64,000 nucleotides of DNA from a plasmid. The stretch lies in sequence record AP029161.1; one strand, written 5' to 3'. Below are positions 49,634 to 59,275 of the stretch, piece by piece. Position 1 is the stretch's first letter; every line of letters begins with the position of its first letter. Position numbers and translations under genes: made by a program. A model generated the notes under the pieces. It did not search any database, was not told the origin of the DNA, and saw only the letters and a list, made by a program, of their open reading frames with translations.

Positions 49634-50251
49634 TTATTTGTTTTTTTTCTCTCTAATCAATCTTCTCTGCTCATTTCCAACCGCTTGCATTCTTATAAAG
49701 TATGATCGATGCCTATACCCAGCTTCATAATATTCAGGTTCGTGAATTAATCTAAAAAGTTCATCAGGGGATTTTTTTAAAGCTTCCTCGGCTTTTTCTT
49801 TTCCAATAGCCTTAATTGCTCCACAGGCATGAGCGATAAAAGCAGGTCTTGCAATTTCTGGGCGTTTTAAACACTTGGCTAGCAAACGTCGGGTCCAGTT
49901 ACCAATCCTTTTGTCTATGTGATATAGTAAAAAATTTGGAGCGCATTTTAATTTTGTGTCTTTACCTCTTTTTTCTATGCTAATCTTTTTACGATTCAAA
50001 ATATGCTGAATCTCTTTTTCTGCAAATTCAGCATCTTGAATTTTATCAGCTTTAATAAGCATTATAGAAAGTCCCTTTTTTTGACTTTCTGATAACTTAT
50101 CCCCGTCTTTAAATGAGCAAATAATAGAAGCTATGGCTTCAACAAATTGCGGGTCCACCTGCTTAACTGTTTGTGGAATTTTAATTTTGCGAAGCTCTTC
50201 CCTAAACTCACTTTTTTGATTTCTAAGATAAAGAGATCTATTTTTGCCCAT
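49634..50251 (-). CDS. possible pyrimidine-dimer DNA glycosylase (T4 endonuclease V-like); start taken at internal Met
   Basis: Weak similarity to T4 DenV (…AKCLKRPE… versus …AECLKRGF…; N-terminal LRNQKSEFREELRKI versus LADQHLMAEYRELPRV). The listed ORF extends to 50323. Confidence 0.3.
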   Translation of the reverse strand: MGKNRSLYLRNQKSEFREELRKIKIPQTVKQVDPQFVEAIASIICSFKDGDKLSESQKKGLSIMLIKADKIQDAEFAEKEIQHILNRKKISIEKRGKDTKLKCAPNFLLYHIDKRIGNWTRRLLAKCLKRPEIARPAFIAHACGAIKAIGKEKAEEALKKSPDELFRLIHEPEYYEAGYRHRSYFIRMQAVGNEQRRLIREKKNK

Positions 50252-50271
50252 TATACAACCATTTCTGATAG

Positions 50272-50718
50272 TTAAAATTCGCCATCTGCACATTGAAGAC
50301 AGGTAAGTCCCAGCTTGCGCCACATATCAACTACTTGTCTACGATCATCAACGCAAAAAATCACGTCATATTTTGGCTGAATGTGCAAATTGTAGATCTC
50401 TTGCTTAATCACTGCATCCTGTCGAAAATCTTGATCTTTTCTCATTAGCAGTAAATCGTAATATTGATCATGGGTGGCTAGCCATTCTTCAGTTATTTTT
50501 CTTGTAAATTCATTTCTACCAGTAACTAATATTATTTTGTGAGAATCTTTAAAACTTGAAATTATTGAAGCGCACCAAGTGTTTAACTTATCTTGAATTA
50601 TATTTTCATCTTTTGAAAATGATTTCCAATCTTTTTTAGTTCCTGCAATAAAGCATCTTCTGTGCTCACAATCTGCTAAAGTTCCATCCAAATCGATTAT
50701 AATTGCTTTTTGTTTCAT
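50272..50718 (-). CDS. HAD-superfamily phosphatase (nucleotidase / PNK-phosphatase-like)
   Basis: Motif I IIDLDGTL a few residues after the internal Met, which has an AAGGA ribosome-binding site. DD motif VDDR near the C-terminus. Confidence 0.6.
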   Translation of the reverse strand: MKQKAIIIDLDGTLADCEHRRCFIAGTKKDWKSFSKDENIIQDKLNTWCASIISSFKDSHKIILVTGRNEFTRKITEEWLATHDQYYDLLLMRKDQDFRQDAVIKQEIYNLHIQPKYDVIFCVDDRRQVVDMWRKLGLTCLQCADGEF

Positions 50719-50732
50719 AATTTTTCCTTTTA

Positions 50733-51440
50733 TTAATACATTGGGCTTTGTTGATATAGAGCACTCCAAAATGTTTTATGAATATTATCTTTCAATAATT
50801 GATAATCAAATCTATCACTTAAAAATTTTCCATCATCATCAATAGCTTTATAAATTAAATGTTTCCATTCTAGTTTTTTAAATTTGGTCATTAAATAAGC
50901 TGTATTATCATTAAGAGACCATCTTGATCCAACATGAATAAAAATACCACCTTTTTTCATGTGTTTTCTTATTAACTGATTTAAGCATTGTTTCATACTA
51001 TCTCTTATTAATTTATTATTTAGTTTGTGCTCATCATTAATAAAATCATCTGTTATAATTAAGTCATATCTAGCTCCTTTTAATAGGGATAAATTGCTGT
51101 ATGAATTAAAATTTAAATTTGTACATGAGAAATTTTCACGTAATTTTATCTTACTTAATATTTTAAATTCTCTAAATATTTTTTCAGAAGAATAATTATT
51201 TGTCCCTACTACACAAATATTTATTTTATCATTTTTAGAATATAAATAACTTGGTAAGTATTTACAGAATAATTCAGTTTTTAAATGCCTTGGAGGCAAG
51301 TCAAATATTAAATACGATTTATTTTTGAATAAATTTGTTTCAATTTCATAATCTATCTTTGATAATATATCATCAATATAAGGATACATTTCAAGATTTA
51401 TAAATTTTTTAACAAAATAATTTCTAAAATTGTTTTCCAT
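50733..51440 (-). CDS. terminase-large-subunit ATPase-domain paralog lacking the nuclease domain (remnant or repurposed ATPase)
   Basis: Collinear with the terminase large subunit 14567: PPRHLKT versus PPRHGKS, LIITDD versus ILSIDD, GSRWSLND versus LTRWHDDD, ALYQQSP versus ALYQQDP. It ends right after YQQSP. Confidence 0.55.
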   Translation of the reverse strand: MENNFRNYFVKKFINLEMYPYIDDILSKIDYEIETNLFKNKSYLIFDLPPRHLKTELFCKYLPSYLYSKNDKINICVVGTNNYSSEKIFREFKILSKIKLRENFSCTNLNFNSYSNLSLLKGARYDLIITDDFINDEHKLNNKLIRDSMKQCLNQLIRKHMKKGGIFIHVGSRWSLNDNTAYLMTKFKKLEWKHLIYKAIDDDGKFLSDRFDYQLLKDNIHKTFWSALYQQSPMY

Positions 51441-51506
51441 GTAATAATTCTTTCATTTAAGTTGAATTTATTGAAATAGTTAGCTCTAAAAAGTAATAGG
51501 TATCTA

Positions 51507-51920
51507 CTAAAAGGGAATATCATCCATCATAGGTCTTGAATTTGAACTAAATTCAGAATCATATCCATCATAATCATCTGTTTTTTTATCTCCATTACTC
51601 TCTAAAAATTGCATGTTATGACCAAGGATTTCTGTCGCATAACGTTTTTGTCCTTGCTGATCTTCCCAAGAGCGAGTTTGAAGTTCTCCCTCGATATAAA
51701 GTAATCTTCCCTTTTTTAAATATTTTCTTGCATTTTCTGCATGATTTCCCCACAAAATAACTCTGTGCCATTCTGTTTTAGTTTCTTTTTTCCCATCTTT
51801 AGTCCAAGTCTTACTTGTAGCGAGGCTTAATGTGCAAACATTATGACCCGATGTTGTTGCTCGTAATTCTGGATCTTGACCTAATCTTCCTACTAAAATA
51901 ACTTTATTTACGCTCGACAT
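51507..51920 (-). CDS. ssb: single-stranded DNA-binding protein
   Basis: OB-fold SSB signature [14 protein letters not shown]…WHRV…, acidic C-terminal tail DDIPF. Confidence 0.9.
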   Translation of the reverse strand: MSSVNKVILVGRLGQDPELRATTSGHNVCTLSLATSKTWTKDGKKETKTEWHRVILWGNHAENARKYLKKGRLLYIEGELQTRSWEDQQGQKRYATEILGHNMQFLESNGDKKTDDYDGYDSEFSSNSRPMMDDIPF

Positions 51921-51952
51921 TTATTATATTCCTTTTAAAAATTAATTTTATT

Positions 51953-52528
51953 TTAAACAATAGCCAAAACTTCTTCTCTACCTGCTTTACTCCCGCAAGG
52001 TATTTCATATCCTTTTCTAATTGCTTCTGCTAAAGCTTTTTTATCTACAATTTTAATAGTTTTTTCTTCAATAAATTCTTGAGGTATTTTGCTTTCATCT
52101 AATTGATTGACAACGTTTTTAATATCAGAAAAATCAACATTCCAATTAATCGCTTCAACTCCACCTTTGTTTCTAATTTTAAAAGATTTAATTGAGCCAT
52201 GTATTTCTCGAACATTATTTTCTAGCATGATATTTAAAGTTTTCTTGTAAATATCATCTTTAATTTTTGCAAGTTTTGTTTGTTTAATTTTAATATCTTT
52301 TATTATTTCATCAAATTGTTTCATTTGAATATCTAAAGCATCAATTAAAAAAATCATTTTGTCAGTAGCTACTTGTGAATTAACTTCTGCAATATCTAGC
52401 GATGGAATTAAATCGTCTGGAATTTCTCCAGCTGTTACTTCCAAATATTCCAAGAATTCTGCTAATTTTTTTTGAGTTTCGGCGAAAGGAATTATTGCAG
52501 GAATAATAGCATTATCTTTTTTAGCCAT
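51953..52528 (-). CDS. Gp157-like protein (Sipho_Gp157 family candidate)
   Basis: Size and position next to SSB/RecT. Weak compositional similarity only. Confidence 0.3.
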   Translation of the reverse strand: MAKKDNAIIPAIIPFAETQKKLAEFLEYLEVTAGEIPDDLIPSLDIAEVNSQVATDKMIFLIDALDIQMKQFDEIIKDIKIKQTKLAKIKDDIYKKTLNIMLENNVREIHGSIKSFKIRNKGGVEAINWNVDFSDIKNVVNQLDESKIPQEFIEEKTIKIVDKKALAEAIRKGYEIPCGSKAGREEVLAIV

Positions 52529-52724
52529 TTCAGTTCTCCCTTTGGGATAGGTTTTAAAATCGTCACAACGACGACAATGTTATTTTTACCACGTTGTAAA
52601 TATTTGTCAACGGGTCGATATTAAAAAAATATTTACAATTATCAATTGACAAATATAAAAATTAATTTTATTTTATATTTGTTACTTTTTAATCAACTCA
52701 AATCCCAAAGGGAGAACTGAAATG
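52529..52724. promoter_or_regulatory. divergent early control region 2 (mirrored conserved leaders at 52529-52546 and 52704-52724; AT-rich core with TTGACA boxes)
   Basis: Same architecture and leader as region 6458-6671. Confidence 0.55.
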
Positions 52725-53720
52725 GATACACAACGTCAGTGGAACGATTCTAAGAATCAGAAAACACCAATAATAAGTGAAAAAGACTTAAAGGAATTAT
52801 CAAAAAGATATTCTGAATATTCAATTGAAAAATTAGATGCTTTACTCAAAACAATAATTGTAAAAGAAGTTACACTAGCTGAAGTAGAAGCTTTTTTATA
52901 CATTGCTAAACAATCTGGATTATGTCCATTCAAAAAACAAATTCAGCTAATAGATTTTAAGGGAACTAAAAGACCATATACTACTATAGATGGCTTTAGA
53001 GTATTGGCTGAAAGAAGTTCGCAATATGTAGGTCAGACAACTCCATTATTTTGTGGGAAAGATAAAATATGGACTGAAGTATGGACGGAAAATACTCCGC
53101 CACTTGCAGCTAAAGTGGGAATTCTTCGTAAAGGATTTTTGGAACCTATTTTTGCTATTGCAAAATATTCTTCGTACAACAGCGATACTCCTACTTGGAA
53201 AAAAATGCCAGATGTCATGTTAGCAAAATGCGCTGAAGCATTAGCTTTTAGAAAAACATTTCCAGATAATATGTGTGGTTTATACACACTTGAAGAAATG
53301 ACTCAAGCATCTAGTGAATTTAGTAATGAAATTGAATCACAAAATACAGAAATAAAATCAATTACACCTAAGAGTAAAAAGACAGAAATTATTTCGGATG
53401 TGATTGAAGTTAAAACAGAACCTGAAAAAATAGTTAGTGTTCCTGAAGATGTTGTTAAAGCTAAAAATAGTTTAGAAAAAAAAGTGCAGTCTATAGACTG
53501 CAATGAAGATTATGAAGCCGTTTATAATGGCTGCGATGTACACAGAAGAAAATTATGGGATTTATTTAGGGAGTTAAAAATATTTTCAGAAGTAAAAAAT
53601 GACCCTAAAAAAACCGTTGAAGTATCTAAATATTTTGCAGAAAGATGCTTTGGCGTGCCACTTAATCAATTGCAAGAACATTTATTATCGCTGCAAGAAG
53701 AATATTTAAATGCTTGTTAA
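52722..53720 (+). CDS. recT: RecT-family single-strand annealing recombinase
   Basis: …MLAKCAEALAFRKTFPDNMCGLYTLEEM… signature. SSB-adjacent recombination module. Confidence 0.7.
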   Translation: MDTQRQWNDSKNQKTPIISEKDLKELSKRYSEYSIEKLDALLKTIIVKEVTLAEVEAFLYIAKQSGLCPFKKQIQLIDFKGTKRPYTTIDGFRVLAERSSQYVGQTTPLFCGKDKIWTEVWTENTPPLAAKVGILRKGFLEPIFAIAKYSSYNSDTPTWKKMPDVMLAKCAEALAFRKTFPDNMCGLYTLEEMTQASSEFSNEIESQNTEIKSITPKSKKTEIISDVIEVKTEPEKIVSVPEDVVKAKNSLEKKVQSIDCNEDYEAVYNGCDVHRRKLWDLFRELKIFSEVKNDPKKTVEVSKYFAERCFGVPLNQLQEHLLSLQEEYLNAC

Positions 53721-54010
53721 AATGGTAGTCAATTTCGAGTCGTAAATTTTTAGGTTTCCTATATGTATTATATAATTTTGAATTTATTAATAATAATTTT
53801 TAGCAATAAAAAAATTTTAAAAATTTAATTTATAATGAAATATATTATTTATTTCTCAAGTATTATAGATGTATTCTTTATATTATTGATAGTAAAGTTT
53901 TTTATGCTAATTTATCTTGAATTAGTAGATTTTTTATATAATATAAATTAATACCATATATTTGTATGGTTCTATAAATTGTCCTTATTATTAAAAAAGG
54001 AACTTTATTA

Positions 54011-54247
54011 ATGTTTGTATTATTTGAAAAACTATTACGTAAAATTTATGGGATAAAAGAAAATGAATTAAACATAATTTCTGTAAGTAAAGATAAAGAT
54101 GAAAATATAGTAGTAGAATATAAAGAAACAATAAGTAGAGTAGTATATAAAGATAAACTGAAAAACTTAGAGCTCAATACTAAACAAAATATTGATATAA
54201 AAAAATGTAGTGCAAAGCTAATTTCAAAAAATTTAGATTTAGAATAA
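54011..54247 (+). CDS. small K-rich hypothetical protein
   Basis: ORF after a 290-bp AT-rich gap. Confidence 0.25.
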   Translation: MFVLFEKLLRKIYGIKENELNIISVSKDKDENIVVEYKETISRVVYKDKLKNLELNTKQNIDIKKCSAKLISKNLDLE

Positions 54248-54261
54248 TAGAAGGAGTAGAT

Positions 54262-55455
54262 ATGCAAAATAATAGAAATAATTTGAGTAATCCGAAATAT
54301 TTATGGTTCTTTGTAATGTCATTTACAGTAATTATGATTTTTGCGAATTGGTTTGATCCCAGACTAATTTTAATTCCTTTTTTTAATTTAGAAACTGATG
54401 CTGGAACTTTAATCTTTCCACTTACATTTTTAGTTTCAAATATCATTACAGAAGTATATGGATACAAACATGCCAGAAAAGCTATTTGGTGCGGCTTTGG
54501 ATTTAATTTATTTGGCCTCTTATTTGGCCAGTTACTAATACATTTTCCTTCTCCAATTTATGCTGATAATGTAGCTTTTGATTCTGTAATTAAAAAAAGC
54601 TCGATTATTGTAATTGCTTCAATGATTAGCTATCTTGTTTCAGAGCCATTAAACTCATATATAATGTCCAAAATGAAAATTAAATTTAAAAATTTAACTG
54701 CTTTGAGATTTGTAATGTCAACTTTTTTTGCTGCATTTGTTGATTCTATTGTTTTTACAGCGATAGCATTTTCTTGGTACTTAAAAATTGAAGACTGTGT
54801 AAAATTAGCTTTAACTATGTGGATGTTAAAAGTTTTAATTGAATCAATTGGTACATTATTTTCTGTTAGGCTAACAAATTACTTAAAAAATAAAGAAAGA
54901 ATAGATATTTATGATCGAAAAACAAAATTCAATATATTTAGTTTAAACACAAATTACACTACTGAAGATAATGAATACAAAAATAATTTATCAAGTATAA
55001 ACTCAGAAAACAATACTGAATATTATATAACAAATGATTTAACTGAAAAAGAAATTGAAAGCTCATGGAATTTAGTAAAAAATTGTTTTTGGTCTGAAGA
55101 GATTCCTTACGTTAAGTTCAAAAGTGCTTTAAATAATTCATTAAATTTTTGCATTGTTAATGTAAATTCGGGTCATATATGTGGGTTTGGAAGAGTAATA
55201 ACTGATTACTACACTTATGCATATTTATGCGATGTCGTGATTCATCCTGAATATAGGAAAAAAGGATTAGGAAATATATTAATTGACAATATTTTAAATC
55301 ATAAGGATTTACAGGGATTGAAAACTATAAATTTACGTACAACTAAAGAAGCTAAAAAAATATATATTAAAAATGGTTTTAAATTAGCAAAAGATCCTGA
55401 ATATATTTTAGAAAAAGAAGATTTAAATATTTATAAAAAATTTAAGGCAGTTTAA
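54262..55455 (+). CDS. fusion protein: YhhQ/Vut_1-family (queuosine-precursor transporter-like) membrane domain plus C-terminal GNAT acetyltransferase
   Basis: N-terminal …IFPLTFLVSNIITEVYGYKHARKAIW… and multiple TM helices. C-terminal GNAT motif A …VVIHPEYRKKGLGNILI…. Confidence 0.6.
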   Translation: MQNNRNNLSNPKYLWFFVMSFTVIMIFANWFDPRLILIPFFNLETDAGTLIFPLTFLVSNIITEVYGYKHARKAIWCGFGFNLFGLLFGQLLIHFPSPIYADNVAFDSVIKKSSIIVIASMISYLVSEPLNSYIMSKMKIKFKNLTALRFVMSTFFAAFVDSIVFTAIAFSWYLKIEDCVKLALTMWMLKVLIESIGTLFSVRLTNYLKNKERIDIYDRKTKFNIFSLNTNYTTEDNEYKNNLSSINSENNTEYYITNDLTEKEIESSWNLVKNCFWSEEIPYVKFKSALNNSLNFCIVNVNSGHICGFGRVITDYYTYAYLCDVVIHPEYRKKGLGNILIDNILNHKDLQGLKTINLRTTKEAKKIYIKNGFKLAKDPEYILEKEDLNIYKKFKAV

Positions 55456-56104
55456 CCTTAATTATTTCTCCAAGTATTTCATAATTTATATTTAGCTCTT
55501 CGATCTGAGAAGATTCTTTATCAATACTGCCTAACAAAATTCTTTTTCCATTAATCAAAATTCTTTTTAATGATATTTTATCTTTATATTTAATAGCACA
55601 AATTGTATCATTTTCAGGTTTTTTATTAATATTTACAAACCAAATTGAGCCTTCATTAAAAATAGGTTTTATAAAATCATCAAATTTAAAGCCAAATATC
55701 TTATCGTTTATATATTTTATATCAATATCAGTATCAGTGTAAAACAAAGCTTCTTTTGAATCAGAAGGACTATAAACTGGAATATTTTTCAGTGTTTTCT
55801 TTGGAATAATACTAACATCTTCAGTGTAAATTTTCTTGACTCCTAGAATATCATCAAGTGAAATATTATACCCATTATTTTGAAAATAATTAGCAATTTT
55901 TTTCAAAACCATTTTAGAAATGTATTTCGTTTTTTTTGTTTCATCATTACTTAATAAACGATAAAAAACAGATGAAGAAACGTCTATAGCCTCAGCCAAA
56001 GCATTTAAAGAAAAATTAGAGTCTTTATCTTTTTTTAAATTTATTAATTTAATTATCTGATTTTGAATATGATGCGTATTTTCGACGCTGTCCCACGCTG
56101 CCAC
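55442..56104 (-). CDS. cI/LexA-like repressor (N-terminal HTH, C-terminal S24-like domain)
   Basis: HTH …LNALAEAIDVSSSVFYRLL…. C-terminal …EGSIWFV…ISLKRIL… resembles the S24 Ser/Lys region. Divergent from the replication gene. Confidence 0.5.
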   Translation of the reverse strand: MAAWDSVENTHHIQNQIIKLINLKKDKDSNFSLNALAEAIDVSSSVFYRLLSNDETKKTKYISKMVLKKIANYFQNNGYNISLDDILGVKKIYTEDVSIIPKKTLKNIPVYSPSDSKEALFYTDTDIDIKYINDKIFGFKFDDFIKPIFNEGSIWFVNINKKPENDTICAIKYKDKISLKRILINGKRILLGSIDKESSQIEELNINYEILGEIIKVKLP

Positions 56105-56232
56105 GACATCTCTCCTAAATTTTTAAAATTATATTGCTAAAAAAATCGTTATGCTTTATAAGCATATTCAACACTTAGCATTATCAAGGAGATAAGTGAA
56201 GTGGTTTAAAAAAAAAGAGGCGCACATTTTGA

Positions 56233-57537
56233 ATGCACACCACTACCGCAAATAGAATGTATCTCAAATGTGCACAAAAATCAAATATTTCGCACAGGGA
56301 GAGCTACGTGTCTGATTTTATTATGTCAAATGCTTACCAAAAATCCTCCAAAACCAGAAAAACATACAAAAATAAATTAATTTTAAGACCGATGAAAGAG
56401 GGTTATACGCTTGGGCATGCTCAAAAAGAAGCTTATAATGGTGGACGCTCATTAAGAGCGATTTGGTCAAATTCGAGTTTAAAGCCAAATCAAAAATTAG
56501 TGTTGTTGTGTCTTGCGTCCCACTTAAATTTCAAAAATACTTTTAAAGCTTGGCAGAAAATTTCTGCAAAACAAATTGCAAGTGAAACGCAATTTGGAAT
56601 TCGTACTATCCATTCTATTTTAGCTGATTTAGTAAAAAATGGTTATTTGTTAAAAAAACAAAATTTTTCAAGCAAAACTTTTTTACAAGAAGAAAATAGT
56701 TATTGTTTATCAGATAAGCTTTTTGATGAGCATGTTATTTATTTGCAAAAAAGTTTTATCCCCAAGCACGATGAGCACGTTAAAGAATTTAAGCAACAAA
56801 AATTTGCAAAAAAGAGTTATATACCTTCTGCAAAACCTGCAGAGGCGGTAAGCAAAGCCTGCAACCCTGCCTTGCAAGATTCGCAAGCCGCCATTGCAAA
56901 ACCTGCAGACGTTTTTCCTCTTGTATTTTCCCCTAATTTTCTCCCTTTAAATAATTCCATGTGTGGTGAAAATAAATCACACACAAAAAATGAACATAAA
57001 AATAGCAAAAATTTAAAACAGGCAAGTATTATTGTTTGCGAGTTGCTTAAGCATAAATTAAATAAACGCTTTATCCCAAATTTTGAATGTGAGGGCATTA
57101 TAGAAAGGTCAATAAGCAAGCTTAATATTATTGATATTAAGATAATCTTAGACTTTTGTAAGGAAGCAATCTCTAATCCCAATTACAAGAAGATTAACAG
57201 TTATGAAAATATTGAAGTTATTTTCATTCAAGAGCTTGAAAGTTTCATTAATGATAAAAATTATATTTCAAATTTCAGAATTTCAGATCATAAAGAAATA
57301 AAAACGGAGATAATTAAAGCTGAACCTCTTGCAGAAAACAAAACTCAAACTGTAATAGAAGAATATCCTGAACCATTCAAATCATGGTTCAAGACGCTCA
57401 ACGAAACAACAAAAAATACTATTCGAAAAGAAATAAAAATTCATGGCAGAGTTAAATTTTTTAACTTAATCCTTCCATCCGTAAGAGCTTATAAATCCTT
57501 TATAGAGCAATTAGACTCAGAAAGAAGGGCTGCATGA
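56233..57537 (+). CDS. replication initiation / replisome-organiser-like protein (winged-helix N-terminus)
   Basis: N-terminal …NQKLVLLCLASHLNFKN…ISAKQIASETQFGIRTIHSILADLVKNGYL… typical of phage Rep/DnaD-like wHTH domains. Confidence 0.5.
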   Translation: MHTTTANRMYLKCAQKSNISHRESYVSDFIMSNAYQKSSKTRKTYKNKLILRPMKEGYTLGHAQKEAYNGGRSLRAIWSNSSLKPNQKLVLLCLASHLNFKNTFKAWQKISAKQIASETQFGIRTIHSILADLVKNGYLLKKQNFSSKTFLQEENSYCLSDKLFDEHVIYLQKSFIPKHDEHVKEFKQQKFAKKSYIPSAKPAEAVSKACNPALQDSQAAIAKPADVFPLVFSPNFLPLNNSMCGENKSHTKNEHKNSKNLKQASIIVCELLKHKLNKRFIPNFECEGIIERSISKLNIIDIKIILDFCKEAISNPNYKKINSYENIEVIFIQELESFINDKNYISNFRISDHKEIKTEIIKAEPLAENKTQTVIEEYPEPFKSWFKTLNETTKNTIRKEIKIHGRVKFFNLILPSVRAYKSFIEQLDSERRAA

Positions 57538-57794
57538 TTAATAAATATTGCTACGTGTGCAGCTTCCCGATTGTTTTTTCAAAAACCAGAACAAAAAAAT
57601 ATTACTGCGAAAAGCATAATATTTGTGCTACCGAAAAAACAAAGATTCTGAAAAAAAGAGGTCGGAAAAAGCTTGATGAAATAGATAGAATAGAAAAAGA
57701 AATAGAAAGAAAAAAATATAAAAAAATACTGAATAGAGACTATTATAATTTCGTAGTAAGAGAAAAAAGACAAATTAAAAAAGAATCGAGATAA
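57534..57794 (+). CDS. small basic protein
   Basis: ORF only. Confidence 0.3.
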   Translation: MINKYCYVCSFPIVFSKTRTKKYYCEKHNICATEKTKILKKRGRKKLDEIDRIEKEIERKKYKKILNRDYYNFVVREKRQIKKESR

Positions 57795-57983
57795 TTTTTT
57801 TCGTATTTTACCACTACCTGATGGTAAAATACCCTTAAAAAAAGTCAGACAAAAAAATCGACACATGAGATTTTTTAAATTACATTTTTATCAGAACCCT
57901 TTTATAAAATCGTTCCTTTAGGAATAGCCGAAGTAAAAAGTAAAAGGGTTCACAAGAAACCATTCCCTTTGGGAGTACCGAAA

Positions 57984-58574
57984 ATGCAGAGTATTAAGAT
58001 AATTAATACCTCTAATAATGAGGTATTTTATGCTACTGAAAAATCAGTAGGATTTGATATTGCAGCGGATGAAAGTGTTTTAATTTTACCGCTGCAAGTT
58101 AAAAAAATAAAAACTGGCTTAAAATGGAAAATAGAAGATAATTCTGAATTAATAAGCATAAAAGAGGCTGCTAAATTAGTTAAATGCTGCACCTCAACAA
58201 TCCATCGACAATGTAAAAAAGGTAGGCTTAATTTTGAAAAAATAGATGGAGTTTATTTTATAAATAAGGATCATCTTTTATCGTATTTTAATAATGAAGA
58301 AATAATCGATTTACCTGAAAAATATGAGCTTCAAATAAGACCTAGAAGCTCCTCACTACTAAAAGAAAAACTTCATATACAAATAGGAACAATTGACCCT
58401 GATTACACTGGTGAAATTTGTATTATCGCACAAAATATTTCTTTTAAACCAAAATTAATTTTAAAAGGGGAGCGGATTGCTCAAGGAATAATATCGAAAG
58501 TTTGTTTAGCTGAAAACGTATTTAGTAGAAATATAATTAGAAACAATAATGGTTTTGGGAGTACTGGAAAATGA
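57984..58574 (+). CDS. dut: dUTPase (trimeric type) carrying an inserted Xis/AlpA-type HTH domain
   Basis: Motifs YAT…VGFDI, RPRSS, GTIDPDYTGEI, GERIAQ, GFGSTG. A roughly 55-aa insert, ISIKEAAKLVKCCTSTIHRQCKKGRLNFEKIDGVYFINKDHLLSYF, matches the HTH_17 pattern. ATG at 57984 follows the leader variant GGGAGTACCGAAA. Confidence 0.75.
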   Translation: MQSIKIINTSNNEVFYATEKSVGFDIAADESVLILPLQVKKIKTGLKWKIEDNSELISIKEAAKLVKCCTSTIHRQCKKGRLNFEKIDGVYFINKDHLLSYFNNEEIIDLPEKYELQIRPRSSSLLKEKLHIQIGTIDPDYTGEICIIAQNISFKPKLILKGERIAQGIISKVCLAENVFSRNIIRNNNGFGSTGK

Positions 58575-58771
58575 ATAATTTAAATTTACATAAAGAATAT
58601 ATGGATAAAATTGAAGATATAACTAAATCATATGCTTTTATGAAAAAGATTATTAGAGAAAATAATGTTCAAAAAAATATTGTAAATAACAAAAATATTT
58701 ACGTATCACTTATGAATTTAAAAAAGTCTGTTGAAAATCTTATGTTTACATATCAAAGAGATAAAAAATGA
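58571..58771 (+). CDS. small hypothetical protein
   Basis: ORF only. Confidence 0.3.
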   Translation: MNNLNLHKEYMDKIEDITKSYAFMKKIIRENNVQKNIVNNKNIYVSLMNLKKSVENLMFTYQRDKK

Positions 58772-58998
58772 TAAACAATGAAAATAAAAATAATTTTTCT
58801 ATAAATAAGTATTCTAAAACTGAATTATATATTAATTGTAAAATATTAAAAGAAATTAATGATGCAAGAAAATTAATCGGATTAAAAGAACTTTCACAGA
58901 AAGATAGAAAATGCATTTGTTGTAATAAAATTATTAAGAATTCAACATCTGAAAGACTTTGTCAAAGTTGCAGAAATAACGCAAATAATACTTATTAA
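58768..58998 (+). CDS. small Cys-rich (Zn-ribbon-like) protein
   Basis: CICCNK…CQSCRNN. Confidence 0.35.
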   Translation: MINNENKNNFSINKYSKTELYINCKILKEINDARKLIGLKELSQKDRKCICCNKIIKNSTSERLCQSCRNNANNTY

Positions 58999-59011
58999 GG
59001 AATTTTAAAAT

Positions 59012-59275
59012 ATGGAAGAAAATAATTTAATTAAATTTTTAGAAGATGAAAATAATCAATTAAAAATTGAAATAGATAACTTAAAAAATGATAAAAAAGT
59101 TTTATTAAATTTAATTGAACAAATTTCTATTAAAACAGTAAATCAGCTTTCAAATTTAGAAAAAACTCTTTCATACTTCAGAGATTTTAATAACAAAATT
59201 AAGGCTCCTCCTCCATCTACATCTAAAGCTCCTGAACCAAATTTAAATATCTGTAATAGAAGGTATGCTCCATGA
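59012..59275 (+). CDS. small coiled-coil protein
   Basis: ORF only. Confidence 0.3.
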   Translation: MEENNLIKFLEDENNQLKIEIDNLKNDKKVLLNLIEQISIKTVNQLSNLEKTLSYFRDFNNKIKAPPPSTSKAPEPNLNICNRRYAP

